Counted from the first letter of the whole stretch, positions 41,144 to 53,287 are shown. The stretch: 63,367 nt of DNA, filler included, from 5 parts of 5 records of this genome joined end to end with filler, not necessarily neighbours in it; one strand, 5' to 3'. A program made the numbers and translations. Notes: generated from the sequence alone by a model not told the origin.

Positions 41144-42322
41144 TCACGTAAGATCAGGATCAAATACCGAGTTATCAAGGAAACTGTCCGGTCCGACAAA
41201 CGCGCGGTCCTCGGCACCGTTTGTGCCTTCTACACGCCAATCATGTGTCGGCACGGCAACATCAAGCCCCTTAACCGCCGTCCGATAAAGGTCTGGGCGA
41301 TAGACTTGCCGGATCACCTGATTAAGGTCGGTGTTGGCGGGCACCTGCCCCCATCGTTTCATCTGTGCGCCGACCCAGCTTGCCTGTGACAACCACGGGA
41401 AGGTCGCGGTATAGCGATAAAAAACATGCCGATCGGGCACCTCAATCGGGGCTTCGCCGGGGCGAAGTACCGGACGCCCGTCAAGTGACGCCTTAAGCAC
41501 ATCATAGGGTGCACCGACATTGGATTCTTCTGACAACATCTGGGCAAGTTCCGCGCGATTGCCCGGCTCATCGGCCCATTCCGCCGCCCGGACAAGGGCC
41601 CGAACAAGGGCCGACACCGTATCAGGATTTGAATCCACCCAGTCCTGACGCACACCAAGGACCTTTTCCGGACTACGCGACCAGATGTCGTCTTTCAACG
41701 CGACAATGACCCCATCACCATGGAAAACCGCCCGCTGGTTCCACGGCTCCCCGACGCAATAGCCATCCACCCAGCCATTGCGCAGACTGTCAAACATGCG
41801 TTGTGGCGCAATCACCCCGATGTTGACATCCTTGTCCGGGTCAATCCCGGCGGCAGCCATCCAGTAGCGCAGTTCGTAATTATGGCTTGAGAACGGGAAA
41901 ACAGTTGCAAACGACATGATCGGGCGGCCCGATGCCCGATCTTCGTCGATGACTTTTTTCAACGCGCGCGCCGATAAGCCACGTGGCCCATGCATCGCCG
42001 CAGGATCGGCCTCAAGCATCCGTTGATATAGCCGCGTGGACACCGTGATCGCATTACCACCCCGGCCAAGCGCCATCGGCACGACAAGATGCTGCACCGG
42101 AACGCCACCCAATCCAAGGCGCGCTGCAATCGGGATACCGGCCAAAAGGTGGGCGGCCTCATAAACGCCATATGACAGCTTGTCACGAATGGCCGCCCAC
42201 GACATTTCGCGTATCAGTTCAAGTTCGATGTTTTCCTGATCGGCAAATCCCATGGCGCGCGCAACAACCGGGATGGCGCAATCAACCAATGGCACGAAGC
42301 CCAGACGAACCTTGTTCCCCAT
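41144..42322 (-). CDS. nasS: Cytoplasmic nitrate sensor NasS (CmpA/NrtA family)
   Basis: LGFVPLVDCA, SWAAIRD, VFPFSSHNYELRYW, GYCVGEPW; no signal peptide; next to an ANTAR regulator. Confidence 0.85.
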   Translation of the reverse strand: MGNKVRLGFVPLVDCAIPVVARAMGFADQENIELELIREMSWAAIRDKLSYGVYEAAHLLAGIPIAARLGLGGVPVQHLVVPMALGRGGNAITVSTRLYQRMLEADPAAMHGPRGLSARALKKVIDEDRASGRPIMSFATVFPFSSHNYELRYWMAAAGIDPDKDVNIGVIAPQRMFDSLRNGWVDGYCVGEPWNQRAVFHGDGVIVALKDDIWSRSPEKVLGVRQDWVDSNPDTVSALVRALVRAAEWADEPGNRAELAQMLSEESNVGAPYDVLKASLDGRPVLRPGEAPIEVPDRHVFYRYTATFPWLSQASWVGAQMKRWGQVPANTDLNQVIRQVYRPDLYRTAVKGLDVAVPTHDWRVEGTNGAEDRAFVGPDSFLDNSVFDPDLT

Positions 42323-42325
42323 TCC

Positions 42326-42916
42326 CTAAAACTCCAACTGAAACGCAGTGATGACGCTTTGCGCGATCTCATAGATCTTGCGGTTCTGTTTCATGGCGTT
42401 CTTTCGAAGAAGGTTATAGGAATCTTCTTCTGTCAGACCCTTTTCCTTCATCAAAATACCTTTGGCCCGCTCAATCAGTTTGCGCTCATTGAGTTTGGCT
42501 TTTGCTTCGTCGCGTTCACGGCGCAACTGATCAAAAACATTAAACCGCGAAATTGCCATTTCAACAATTGGACGAATGCGGTCTTCGCGCAACCCGTCCA
42601 CCACATAGGCACTGACCCCGGCGGCAACCGCTTCGTGGATCATGCTTGAATCACTTTTATCAACGAACATGGCAATCGGGCGCGCAATGGCACGCGACAC
42701 CTGAAACATCTGTTCGAGCGTATCGCGATCCGGGTTTTCCAGATCAATAATGATGATATCGGGTGCCAGTGCCTGAATACGTTCGACCAGATTGTGAGAC
42801 GTCCCGATCCGGGCCACACGGGTATAGCCACTTTCAACCAGTCCGCGCTCGACAATCGCCGCACGGTCAGGATCTTCGTCAATCACCAGAATGTTGAAGT
42901 CTTCTGTCCTTACCAA
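42326..42916 (-). CDS. nasT: ANTAR antiterminator NasT
   Basis: Receiver-like N-terminus plus ERKLIERAKGILM...LRKNAM ANTAR domain. Confidence 0.9.
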   Translation of the reverse strand: MVRTEDFNILVIDEDPDRAAIVERGLVESGYTRVARIGTSHNLVERIQALAPDIIIIDLENPDRDTLEQMFQVSRAIARPIAMFVDKSDSSMIHEAVAAGVSAYVVDGLREDRIRPIVEMAISRFNVFDQLRRERDEAKAKLNERKLIERAKGILMKEKGLTEEDSYNLLRKNAMKQNRKIYEIAQSVITAFQLEF

Positions 42917-43042
42917 GTTATCCCAAACTCCCTGACGGCCGAGGCCTCTCTGTCTGTGTTATCTTCTCCGGCATTTTTTTTCGACCGGTTGAAGGACCGG
43001 GATGCGACACAGGCCGCATCCCGAAAAATCATTGTTGTGCGT

Positions 43043-44407
43043 TTATTCCGCAGGTACCGGCTGACCCGATCCAGAAGTGCCCATGCGTTCTGCATGCGCA
43101 CGATCAAACCGTTGCTGTTCTTCGGCCTGGGTTGCTGCCGAGAAACGGACAGCCAAGGCCGCAAAAGAGCACACAATCACGGCACAACCGAGATAAAAAA
43201 GCCCTTCCTGATAGGTAAGCGCCTCGGACTTGAACAAAAAGCCTGCGGCAACCGCACCGGCATTCCCACCGGCACCGACAATGCCCGCAACCGAGCCAAG
43301 TGCCTTGCGGTTAACGAACGGCACAATACCGAAAGTCGCACCTTCTGACATCTGAACAAACAGCGAGAAGACAATCATCACGGCAACGGCAATGACCAGC
43401 GCATCCATCATCGAGAAGGCAACAAGAGCGATGCCTTCGACAAACAATGCGAAAAACAGGAATTTGACCCGACCCGAAAGGCCGCCTTTGGCGGCAAACT
43501 TATCGGAAAACACGCCACCCAGCGTCCGGGCAAAGATGTTCATCAAACCAAACAGACCAGCAATCACACCCGCCGTGGCAAGGCTCAGATCAAAACGGTC
43601 AAAGAAGTAGATCGCCGCAATATTATTGATGGTCAGCTCAACGCCAAAGCACGCCCCATAAACAAGGAACAAGGCCCAAACGCGGTAATCAGACATCGCG
43701 GCCATCATGCCTTTGGTCGCCCCGGCATGATCATCATCGGCCGACAGCGCACCGCTTTTGCGCATTTCGGCATAGTTGCCTTCCGGGCAGTCGGTGGTAA
43801 AGACCCAGTAAAGTACCGCAACCACAAGCATGATCGCGCCCGGGAAGACCATCGCCAAACGCCAGCCCATGGTTTCGGAAAGCCCAAACCCAAGGATCAT
43901 GGCAAGGATCAGTGGCATGACCATCTGCGTCACACCACCGCCAAGGTTCCCCCAGCCTGCTGTCGTGGCATTGGCCGTACCGACAACATTGGGCGCAAAC
44001 ATGGTGGAGGTATGATACTGCGTGATCACAAAGGATGCGCCGATTGAACCAATCGCCAGACGCGCAAGCAGAAAGGTTTCATAGCTATCGGCAAGCCCGA
44101 TCAGCATCACCGGCAGCGACCCAAGCACCAGCAAGCCGGTGTAGGTTTTGCGCGGACCGATCTTGTCACACAGTGGGCCGATCAGAAGTCGCACAAGAAC
44201 CGTGATGGCAACCGATGCAATGATCGTACTGCCAATTTCACTTTTGCTTAAGCCAAGATCATCGCGGACCAGCGGCATCAGCGGTGCGATCCCGAACCAG
44301 CCGAAAAAACACAGGAAAAATGAAAGCCAGGTCAGGTGAAAAGTGCGCATCTGGACAGTCTTGAGACTGAACAGGTTTATGCGTGTAGCCTTGTTCTTGA
44401 TTTCCAT
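43043..44407 (-). CDS. NRT2/NarK-family MFS nitrate/nitrite transporter
   Basis: Nitrate signature FAPNVVGTANATTAGWGNLGGG, FGVELT, GIVGAGGNAG; start taken at ATG 44407. Confidence 0.92.
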   Translation of the reverse strand: MEIKNKATRINLFSLKTVQMRTFHLTWLSFFLCFFGWFGIAPLMPLVRDDLGLSKSEIGSTIIASVAITVLVRLLIGPLCDKIGPRKTYTGLLVLGSLPVMLIGLADSYETFLLARLAIGSIGASFVITQYHTSTMFAPNVVGTANATTAGWGNLGGGVTQMVMPLILAMILGFGLSETMGWRLAMVFPGAIMLVVAVLYWVFTTDCPEGNYAEMRKSGALSADDDHAGATKGMMAAMSDYRVWALFLVYGACFGVELTINNIAAIYFFDRFDLSLATAGVIAGLFGLMNIFARTLGGVFSDKFAAKGGLSGRVKFLFFALFVEGIALVAFSMMDALVIAVAVMIVFSLFVQMSEGATFGIVPFVNRKALGSVAGIVGAGGNAGAVAAGFLFKSEALTYQEGLFYLGCAVIVCSFAALAVRFSAATQAEEQQRFDRAHAERMGTSGSGQPVPAE

Positions 44408-44575
44408 AACGGTGAAGCCCTTCGTTTTGGCCGAACAGAGCATCTTGAGTGCCGTGAACAACCGACGGTTTTTGCTATGGGCCTTCATGCTTCATCAGAT
44501 GGATTCCGCAGGCGGCCCGTCATTCGGATCGAACGCGCTGCGCGGTCATCGCGCGGCAGTTCCAAACGTCTGATC

Positions 44576-44589
44576 GTCCGCCGTTGGAC
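44576..44589 (-). promoter_or_regulatory. ANTAR-target RNA hairpin in the transporter leader
   Basis: Minus strand GUCC-AACGGC-GGAC: hexaloop with A1/G4 closed by C-G; at contig edge. Confidence 0.6.
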
Positions 44590-44689
44590 NNNNNNNNNNN
44601 NNNNNNNNNNNNNNNNNNNNNNNNNNNNNNNNNTTAATTAATTAANNNNNNNNNNNNNNNNNNNNNNNNNNNNNNNNNNNNNNNNNNNN
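44590..44689. other. Artificial contig spacer
   Basis: N run with TTAATTAATTAA linker. Confidence 0.99.
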
Positions 44690-44940
44690 CCCCCCCCCCC
44701 CCCCCCCTCTCTGTTTTGGGCGCTTGGTTCTGTGGGTGCCGTGAGGGCGCCTTGCTTTTTTTTCTCTCTTTTTTCTTTCTTTGTCTGCTGGTGGTGGCGC
44801 GTGGTGGGCATTTTATTCGGGCGCATATTTGAGCTCGAGACTTTTGCGCTTGCTCCACTGGTTTGCTTTCATTTCGCTGACCAAGTTTATTCCGCCGTGC
44901 AGGCTGTGCTGCTTTTTGCCAAGAAAAAGTCCTCTCAAGC

Positions 44941-46275
44941 ATGAGCCACAAAATTGGACGTGATCGTCTGCGGGCTGCAGGAAACAATTCCATGAAGAAT
45001 CAATCTTCGACTGCCGAGTGCCTGACAGGCGACGTGAGGCCGCCAACGCCCCCTGAACTGCGGAAGTTCCGCAAGTCCGCCTTTAAGCCCGGAGAGCGGG
45101 TAATTCACCGTGGTCAAGCCGATGACTTGCAACGACAAATGGAGCAACGGTCGCGATTGCCCGCGTCTCAGCAAGCGTTTGGAAGCGCTGCAAAAGAAAG
45201 CACGCACGTGTCTGACGTGTTTGCGCACGGACCGCAAGATGAAGTGTCTGCCATCAAAAGCTCGCACGCTGAAGGCAACTTTCGCTTCACCAATGTGCCG
45301 ATCGGCAAGCCACGACCAACAGGCGTGCCGCTACCGGAAGAAGTCAAAAGTGGGAATTTCACCTTCGGCATTAAAGCCAATACCAGCGAGCCGGCGAAGG
45401 AGCTGCTGTTCCCGCAAGACAACGGCGAAGATTTGCACCCCGAGGTATACATCAAGAGCCACGGGAACTCCAAGCCTGGCGCGCAGACGAAGCGCAATTA
45501 CGATTGGTCGCACACCGGAATCGACCCACACGAACACACGTTTGGCAAGACTGAAGTGTTGGCAGGCGAGTCGGCTGCGGACTGCATCGCCCAGCCAAAG
45601 CGCAATACGATGCGAGTCGTCTCAAAAGCGCAGGTTGACTACATGACGGCCAAGGTTCGCACAATTGGCAAGCCTACAAGCTATGGAAACCATACGGACC
45701 CAGATCGTACGTTTGGACAACGTTCAGACGCAAAGTCCGCCCCAGGTGAATGGAACGCTGCTGATTGCATCCGTGGCAATTATGGTATGGACGATGACCC
45801 CAAGCTCGGAAAAAGTACGCGAAAAGGTATGCGCAACATCACGACTGAGACTCGCGCTTTCGGTTGCCCCACAATTCGTGATGATGTCGTGCCGCCGAAA
45901 AACCGTTCCGTTTCTGACAGCCAGAATTACGGAACGGATGCCAACGCGGCAGACTTGCTGTTCCCGTCCCAGTTCAGTGCCATTGGGGTCCACGACGAAG
46001 ACTTCACCAAGCAGCGACCTCCGTCTACAATTCGCAAAATCTTTGCGAATATTGGCCAGAAGTACACAGATGATGAGTTTGTTAGAGTGTGGTGGCGCGC
46101 CGCAACTGCTGGCGATATAAACGGGGACGGAATTGTCAGTGTCACTGAGTTTAGTAGGGCTGCAGACGAGTATGCGGACGCTCTTAAGGCTGGCGTACGC
46201 CCTACATGGTGGGACCTTGCCGGAGTTGAAGGCCCAGCGCAGCTCGCCAGCGACGTTGCAGACAGCCAAAGATGA
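44941..46275 (+). CDS. Eukaryotic EF-hand domain family member B (EFHB/CFAP21)-like axonemal protein
   Basis: PGAQTKRNYDW, AFGCPTIRDD..PPKNRSVSDSQNYG..A.DLLFP, C-terminal EF-hand DINGDGIVSVTEF. Confidence 0.75.
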   Translation: MSHKIGRDRLRAAGNNSMKNQSSTAECLTGDVRPPTPPELRKFRKSAFKPGERVIHRGQADDLQRQMEQRSRLPASQQAFGSAAKESTHVSDVFAHGPQDEVSAIKSSHAEGNFRFTNVPIGKPRPTGVPLPEEVKSGNFTFGIKANTSEPAKELLFPQDNGEDLHPEVYIKSHGNSKPGAQTKRNYDWSHTGIDPHEHTFGKTEVLAGESAADCIAQPKRNTMRVVSKAQVDYMTAKVRTIGKPTSYGNHTDPDRTFGQRSDAKSAPGEWNAADCIRGNYGMDDDPKLGKSTRKGMRNITTETRAFGCPTIRDDVVPPKNRSVSDSQNYGTDANAADLLFPSQFSAIGVHDEDFTKQRPPSTIRKIFANIGQKYTDDEFVRVWWRAATAGDINGDGIVSVTEFSRAADEYADALKAGVRPTWWDLAGVEGPAQLASDVADSQR

Positions 46276-46336
46276 AACCTGGCCATCACCGGGCTTTTCT
46301 TTTTACGAGCCCTGCGTGCATTGAGTGAGGGAGTGC

Positions 46337-46362
46337 TTGTGTGTGTGAGTGTGTGTGTGTGT
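46337..46362. repeat. Imperfect (GT)n microsatellite
   Basis: ttgtgtgtgtgagtgtgtgtgtgtgt between convergent eukaryotic genes. Confidence 0.8.
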
Positions 46363-46508
46363 GCGTTCTCCAACGTGTGAGGACGCTCCTCAAGTATTGC
46401 GGCCAGTGATAGTGATTTAGAGACGATAGGACGTGGTTGATTCAGTAACAATGAGTCGATCAGCAAAACTTTTAAATAAGAAGACAAAAACAGACACTCG
46501 CATGCAGC

Positions 46509-49255
46509 TCACAGAAGCAAGTCACTTTCACAAAACACAGTGCTGCAAAAAGGGCAGCAAATGCCTTCTGGCGTGGCAAGGGGATGACTCGCTTGTTTCA
46601 ACTCCTTTCGCGCTGCAGCAGCACTCACCGCCAAACCGCAACCACACGTCCATTGCGGCTGATCCACACGGAGGGGTTTGAATGTGAGAAGGCACCGTGA
46701 TTGCCTGGTCCCGAACTTTGACTGAACCTGCGGCGGCTCGCAAGGAATCGACACCAAGTTTGTCAGCAGCTCTACAGCTTGGCCTGTACCGGCAACCGCT
46801 TGCAGAACTCCCTTTGGTTCAATTCCATCTTGCGGGAGTTGATGCAAAATGCAACGGATCTCAGCTTGCTGTGACGTTGAGACAAGCCCTGACGTGCAAA
46901 GTCCGCTCAGAAAGTCACATACGGGCTGAGGATCGAAGGTGCTGGGGGGAATGGGGCCCTGCAGCGCGCCGACATCTTGCGACGTCACCTGTACTGAAGC
47001 TGCTGTTGAACCAGGAGCGGACAACACTGCCTTCAGCCAGGAGAAAGCGAGTTGTATTAACGACGCAGCGAACTGGGAATCGAACTCTGAGGAAATCCAC
47101 TGGAAGCGACAACGGTGTTCAGGCATAAGAGATGGAAATTGGCAGTGCAGGAACCACTGAACGTGCTCGAACCGTTGAACCCAAGCAAATTCCGATTCGG
47201 AGCTGGATGCGTCTTTGTTGCCACCCCCTTCAACGCCCTGCGCATGTACGGCCGACAAGTCCTGCTTTACGATCTCTAATAGGGTGAACAACTCAAACGT
47301 CAGGGGTGAATCATTGGGGGTACATCCACGCGGCGAAAACGAAGTCGTTCCCGCTGTGCTCTGTCTTCGACGCTGCTGACTGCCGAAACACGCCACCGAA
47401 AGACCGAAATCAGCATCCTCGTTCCTCAAGCGATCGTAAACACGTGCAAAAGCGAAAAGGCTGGCAGAATTGCACAAGGCAAAAGCGCTTTGAGAGCTTG
47501 ACTGTCGGAGCTTGGGCAGGGGCGCACTCGGAGAGCATAAATTCCGCAGCAACGCTCTGAGTCCTGCTATTGTATGTTGATACTTTTCAAACAGCTGAGG
47601 ATAGAGGGTCTGATTGCGAGTCGGAGCAGTCTGCCGAAACAGGTCAACGAAACGGCACCGTTTGGCAGGTCCGGATTCGTCGTTGATGACTGCTGTTCCA
47701 CCTTGATCAGCCTTCGGTTGTTCGGCAGAGTTCATCTGAAAGCCAATCTCGGCGATGTTGTAAACGTGAATTGCACTGTGCAGTGCTTTTCGCCATGGAT
47801 CAATGAGTGCTGTCCTCTTGTGCGCTTGGCGTTGACGGACCAATACGCCCAAAAAAGGCTTGGAGGGTCCTGTCGTGAACGCTGCCATCGCACCAAAAAT
47901 CGGGTTGCCCACATACAACGTTGCGATTGGGTACAACTGCGTAACCGGACTGCCTCCAGCTGCGCTTGATTTTTTTGCGCTGCACTTTCCACTCGATGCA
48001 GAAGCAGAAGTTGCACATTGCTTGACTCGCCAAAACTTGACATTGCCGTCAAGTGATGTTGTTACCAGCGCCATTGAAGTTCGAGCATTTCGATGCTCTG
48101 CCGCAGTTTTAGATTGCGTCGGGGAAAGACGCACCGTTTCAATTCCTGTGATCGGGGAGTTGTGAGCGTGGCAGGTCGCTTCGCGCGAGAGCATGACAAC
48201 TTCAGGCTGCACTTGTGTGTTCCAGGTGCTGAGATGCAGGTCACACCCAAAGCTATGAATGAGGTATTCAATCGTGTTTAGTTCGTTGTCTACTCCATCA
48301 ACGGATTGGCCCCTGGTAAGTGGTAGACTGGTCACCACGAGTTTCGTCGGTGGAGTCATGCCCAATGGGTCTAGCTGCTTTCTGGACATGGAGAACCATT
48401 TTTCTGTTGCCAAACGATGACCACTTTCAACGCTGGAATTTGGCACTGTCGACACAGCCCAACCACAAATATATTCCGCTGTTGAAGCAACAACAAAGGC
48501 ACTCGCCGTGTCATCTCCGCTGCTTCGTCCACGAACAAACTCAATGCAGCTAACGGGGCCTTCTTCAAAAGCACCAATAATACTGTGGCACTGGGCCAAG
48601 TGGTCTCCACTTGCAATTTTCGCTGCATGTGCGTTTGTTCCGGTGATAGACCGGGAGCTCGGACGTCTGTCATAGATGCGGAAGAACAATATATGTCCAT
48701 TTGCAGAAGCTGCTGTAATGATGGCGGATTTTAAATGGCCGGTGGAACCAAGGGCAAGCGGACACCAGCACATGCATGTCAACGCGAGTTCCTTTTCAGA
48801 AGACGAAAGTTTTGAGTTCGCAATCATGTCCCATTCGCGGCTCAGTACGTCAGTGGCGGGGGCGAACACTGCAAATGTGCCGTTCTGATGAAGAGTGGCA
48901 AGGGCGCACTGGGGCGCACCGTGTCAGCGAGTGCAAACATTGCAACAATCACGCGAAGCAACAGCGGTCAAATGGCTGGCTCTTCGAAGTTTGAGCACGC
49001 ATATCGAACAGTACAACCAAGTACAGTCTCCAGTATTTTCAAACACAAACCTCGCCAGGCACAAGTGCCGAGGCAGCACCCCAGCAAGCTTGGATGACGC
49101 CACCAGCATCCACGCTCGGAAGCGGCACCGTGCGACACATGTGCGGTAAAAGACCAAACGCAGGCATCACTGAGCAGTTGCTTTTGCTGTTTCGTTCAAA
49201 AGCTCGATGCATGCCCACAATGGCCACCCACCCCAGCTCAGACACTTGTAGCGAG
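46509..49255 (-). CDS. TFIIIC subunit 4 (GTF3C4/Tfc8)-like WD/beta-propeller protein with C-terminal Zn finger; spliced, start unresolved
   Basis: Intron 48909-49050 (GTTTGT...CTGAC...CAG) joins ACWGAASALVPGE to CALATLHQNG; WD-like TTSLDGNVKFW; C-terminal RCLLT...CGC...CPFC; possible first exon from ATG 49726. Confidence 0.6.
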
Positions 49256-49818
49256 CTGCACAGAAACAATACAATGTCAACACCAACGCCAAGATGAGAT
49301 GTACACAGGTCAAGTGGGACACACCAAATTTGCAAGGGCAATGCGCATCAGCAATTGCAAAAGATCATCGCGCTTGCCTCGGAAATTGGGGCACATTCCT
49401 TGCTGAGGTGCCCAAAACTCCAAGTGGCTGTCCAAAGAACGAACAAACGAAAATACGAAAGAAAGAACGAAAGAAAAAGAAAGAAACAAAGAAAGAAACA
49501 AAGGAAGAAGCAAACCAGGTCCAAAGAATACCACGAAACAGCAGACCAATCGTGAAAAAAAGGGCGCACGAGTTATCACTCAAAGCTCAAACAAATTGTC
49601 CCTGCTCAATTCTTGCGCACGAGCCTGTCGCTGGATGTTCACTACAGCATTAGGTGCTGTTGCATCGCCGTGGCTGCAAGGGGAAGAGTCAGCTGAACGT
49701 CTCTTAGCTCGCGACGGCTCCTCCATGTCCAAAAGTCGCCACGAAGGATGTGCGTCATACACAAACTGAACCCGCAACCCAAACAGCAGCAGCGGCAAAA
49801 ACAAGAAAAAAAAAAAAA

Positions 49819-49918
49819 NNNNNNNNNNNNNNNNNNNNNNNNNNNNNNNNNNNNNNNNNNNNTTAATTAATTAANNNNNNNNNNNNNNNNNNNNNNNNNN
49901 NNNNNNNNNNNNNNNNNN
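49819..49918. other. Artificial contig spacer
   Basis: N run with TTAATTAATTAA linker. Confidence 0.99.
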
Positions 49919-50011
49919 TCCTCCTCCTCTTCCTCCTCCTCCTCCTCTGACTGAAGGAGTACGCGTGTCTTGTGTCACGAACAACAACAGCAGCAACAAG
50001 ACGCGCTCACA

Positions 50012-53000
50012 ATGGCGGGCTCAACCAAGCAGTCAATGGACGCGGAGGCGTTCAACGACCTGGAGCGGAGCTTCACCGAGACTCTGAGCAAGATGTCCGG
50101 GGACGACACTCTGGAAAAGTTCAAGTTCGAGTACGAGAAGCTTTACGAGGCGTTCAAAAAGTCGCACAAAGGTGAGCAGCGCCTCATCACCCGCGTGCGG
50201 GAGCTCAGTGAAGAGATCGTCGAGAATGCCAAGAAAGTGCAGACCGCACTCAAGCTATCGGAGGACGACCAAGTCACGATTCTGGACCTGAAGGAAGAGA
50301 TCAAGAAGGCTTGGAACATGGTCGATGCTGCCCACGAAAAGGAGATGCGCGCCAAAGACACGATCAAGGAACTGCGGAAAGAGATCGACGAGATGACTGT
50401 CCTCATTGAGAAGGGCGCGGGCTTGACGGCAGACCACGAGCAGCAAGTGGAGGTACTCGAGACCAAGCACAGCGACTTGTTGCGCAAGCTGGAGGAGAAG
50501 CAGAAAGAGCTCGAGTCTCATCAAGACGCCATCCAAGGTTTGCACTCGAAGATCAACCGCAAACGTGCCAAGGCCAAGTCGCACAAGGAAACGATTTCCG
50601 AGCAGGCGGAGGTTCTTCGTGAGAAGGAAGCGGAACAACGACGCGAGGCACGCCGCAAGGAGCGTGTGAATCAAGAGCTCACGGAGCTCCGCGTGCGCCT
50701 GGACGAGGCACAGACCCGTGTAAAGCATCTCGAGTCCGTCAACAGCGAAGGCGACCTGTCACGCAAAAAGCTGGAGATCCAGGTCAAGGAGTCGCGTGGG
50801 CAGGTTGACAAGTTCGTCCGTGAGAACAAGATCCTGCTCGGGAAGATGGGGGAGCTGAGCTCGCAGGCGGAAGAGTTGATGCACCGCAATGAATCGCTTC
50901 AAAAAGATATGCTGAAATTGGACTCCGAAATTGTCAACCGTGATCGCACGATCGCACGGCAAAAAGAAGACATGGCTCGTGCCAAGCGCATGCTGGACTC
51001 CGAAAAGAAGCAGACGGGTCGCTTGCAGTCCAAACGTGCGGAAGAAAAGTCGGAGCGTGAGCAGCTCGTCTCGCAAATCAACATGCTCAGCAAGGATACT
51101 ATGCAAGTCCAGCGTGAGGCCGATGCCAAGGCCAAGAAAGTTTCTGAGCTGCAACGCGGCCAAGACATGACGCAGAAACAGGTGCGTGGATGATCAAGTA
51201 CCATGTGACAGGGCAGCAACAGCGATTGTCGCTTTACGTTTCCGTTTCTTCGTTTGTGAAAGCGCCCGGTCATGGTCTTGTGGTTTCGCTGAATGTCATT
51301 CTTCTGTTCGTTTTTTTTTTTTTGTGTAGCTGTTGAAAGAGAAAATGAGGGTCAAGAAGGAAGAAGAAAAAGTTGGGCTTGTCAAGCGCGAAATGGGTCA
51401 ACTCAACAGCGAACTTACAACGTTTGAGCAAGAGGCTCAGAAACAGCGCAAGTTAATCTACAAACTGGACAAGGCTCGTGAAAGGGCCGATGCGGAAGCG
51501 TCAGAGTTCCAAGGCAAATTCCAACAGGCATTGGAGCAGGTTAAATTGAAGGAACGAACTATCGACGAAATGCAGAAGCAGATTCAGGAGCTCACTGCTA
51601 AACTCAAGCAGCAAGAGAACTTGTAAGTGATTTTCTCCAAGACTGAACCCGGGTTCACCATGAAATTGAAATCAGATATTTTTTGCTCACTTGGGACGGA
51701 CGTGAACATCGCGTGACTGACATGCAGGTACGAGGCCGTGCGCTCTGACCGTAATCTGTACAGCAAGAACCTGATTGAGTCGCAAGACGAAATTGCGGAG
51801 ATGAAGCGAAAGTTCAAGATCATGAACCATCAAATCGAACAGCTGAAGGAGGAAATCACTGCGAAGGACCACGCGCTGGTGAAGGAGCATTTCGACCATC
51901 AGAAGGTGGAAAAGCAACGCGAGCAGCTCAAGAATGAGCTTGACAAACTGCGGAAGCTCAAAGGGAAGGCAGAGAGCACAATTGAGAAGCAGCATGCAGA
52001 ACTTGGCAAGCTCACAAGCATCATTCAGAAGTTGGAAAGTGACGCCATTCAACAGCACAAGGAATACGACCAAGTCATCAATGAGCGGGACATTTTGGGC
52101 ACACAACTCATCCGCCGCAATGACGAGCTCGCACTCTTGTGCGTTCCGCTTGTGGTTGCTCTGCGTGGATTGCCGGATCCTATGTTTGCTTCAAGTCGTG
52201 ATTCCCTCCCTTTCATAGCTTTTGCAAGTGCACGTTTTGCTGCTAACGACTGCACGCTGTGTCTGTTGGCGTAGGTACGAGAAGTTGAAGATTCAACAAT
52301 CTACCTTGAACAAAGGTGAGGTGCAGTACTCAAACCGCATCCAAGACATCCGGCTCATGCAACTGCAGGTGCAAGATTTGAGCCGCAAGCTCAAAATTTC
52401 CACAGAGATGGCTTCGCAAGTACCAGAGCTGAAGCGAGAAATCAAGACGAGGTTTGTTGTCTCACAAGTTGTTTGGCCAGTTCACTAAGCATTGCTCTTT
52501 CCTGCTGGCACTTACTCTACCTGGTTGTGTCCACGTTGTCTCTGAAGGTACAAGGAGCTAATTCGTGAGCGCAACAAGGTGACTCGCCTGTCGAACGAGC
52601 TGGAGAACCCAATGAATTTGCACCGATGGCGCCAGCTTGAAGGTTCAGATCCAGAAACACACGAGCTGCTTCAGCGCATCCGCACTCTACAAAAGCGCCT
52701 CATTAAAAAGACAGAGGAAGTGGTGGAGAAAGATTTCGTCATCCAAGAAAAAGAGAAGCTGTACACTGAGCTCAAGAACATTCTGGCTCGCCAACCAGGT
52801 CCCGAAGTCGCGGAGCAGTTGAGCGTGTACGTAGTCGCTTCCAAAAATTCATTCGCACAATTGTCGCCGATTGTCGAACGGTCCACTGCTTTCCACTCGA
52901 TTTGCACTGATGGCTGATGGTTGTGATGTATGCATGCTGTTGTAACGGGCATTTCGACTCAGCTACCAACAATCACTGAAAGACAAGACCCGGCAGATGA

Positions 53001-53287
53001 AGTCGATGGCATCTGAGCTGAACATGTATCAAGCACAAGCCAACGAATACAAATACGAGATTGAGCGCCTAATGCAAGAAGTGCAAGACGTGAAGCGGAA
53101 ATACTATGCTCAAAAGCGCGCCAACAAGCAGCAAAAATTTGCAGCAGGAGGCATGGGCGCACTTGGACTCTCGAGCAAGCGTGGGCCCGCCACTATCCAC
53201 GAGACCAATCAAGCCCAGCAGCAAAGACTTGCTGCGCAGCAAACCGCATCGAGAATGATTGGCGGCGGCTTCAATCTGACGCAGTAA
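50012..53287 (+). CDS. CFAP58: Cilia- and flagella-associated protein 58, 6 exons: 50012-51181, 51330-51622, 51728-52138, 52275-52451, 52548-52826, 52963-53287 (884 aa)
   Basis: Five GT-AG introns restore one frame: LYEAVRSDRNLYSKNL, ERDILGTQLIRRNDELALLYEK, NPMNLHRWRQLEGSDP, LARQPGPE, GGGFNL; exon sum 2655 nt. Confidence 0.9.

Noticed and set aside
44589-44941. Apparent bacterial-eukaryote junction (horizontal transfer)
   Set aside because: Separated by an artificial spacer; no physical linkage
49441-49510. AAAG-rich run giving Lys/Glu-rich or Phe-rich ORFs
   Set aside because: Low-complexity eukaryotic sequence, probably intronic
49970-53287. Cluster of short coiled-coil ORFs suggesting a frameshifted pseudogene or SMC-like operon
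   Set aside because: Fully explained as exons of one CFAP58 gene with canonical introns
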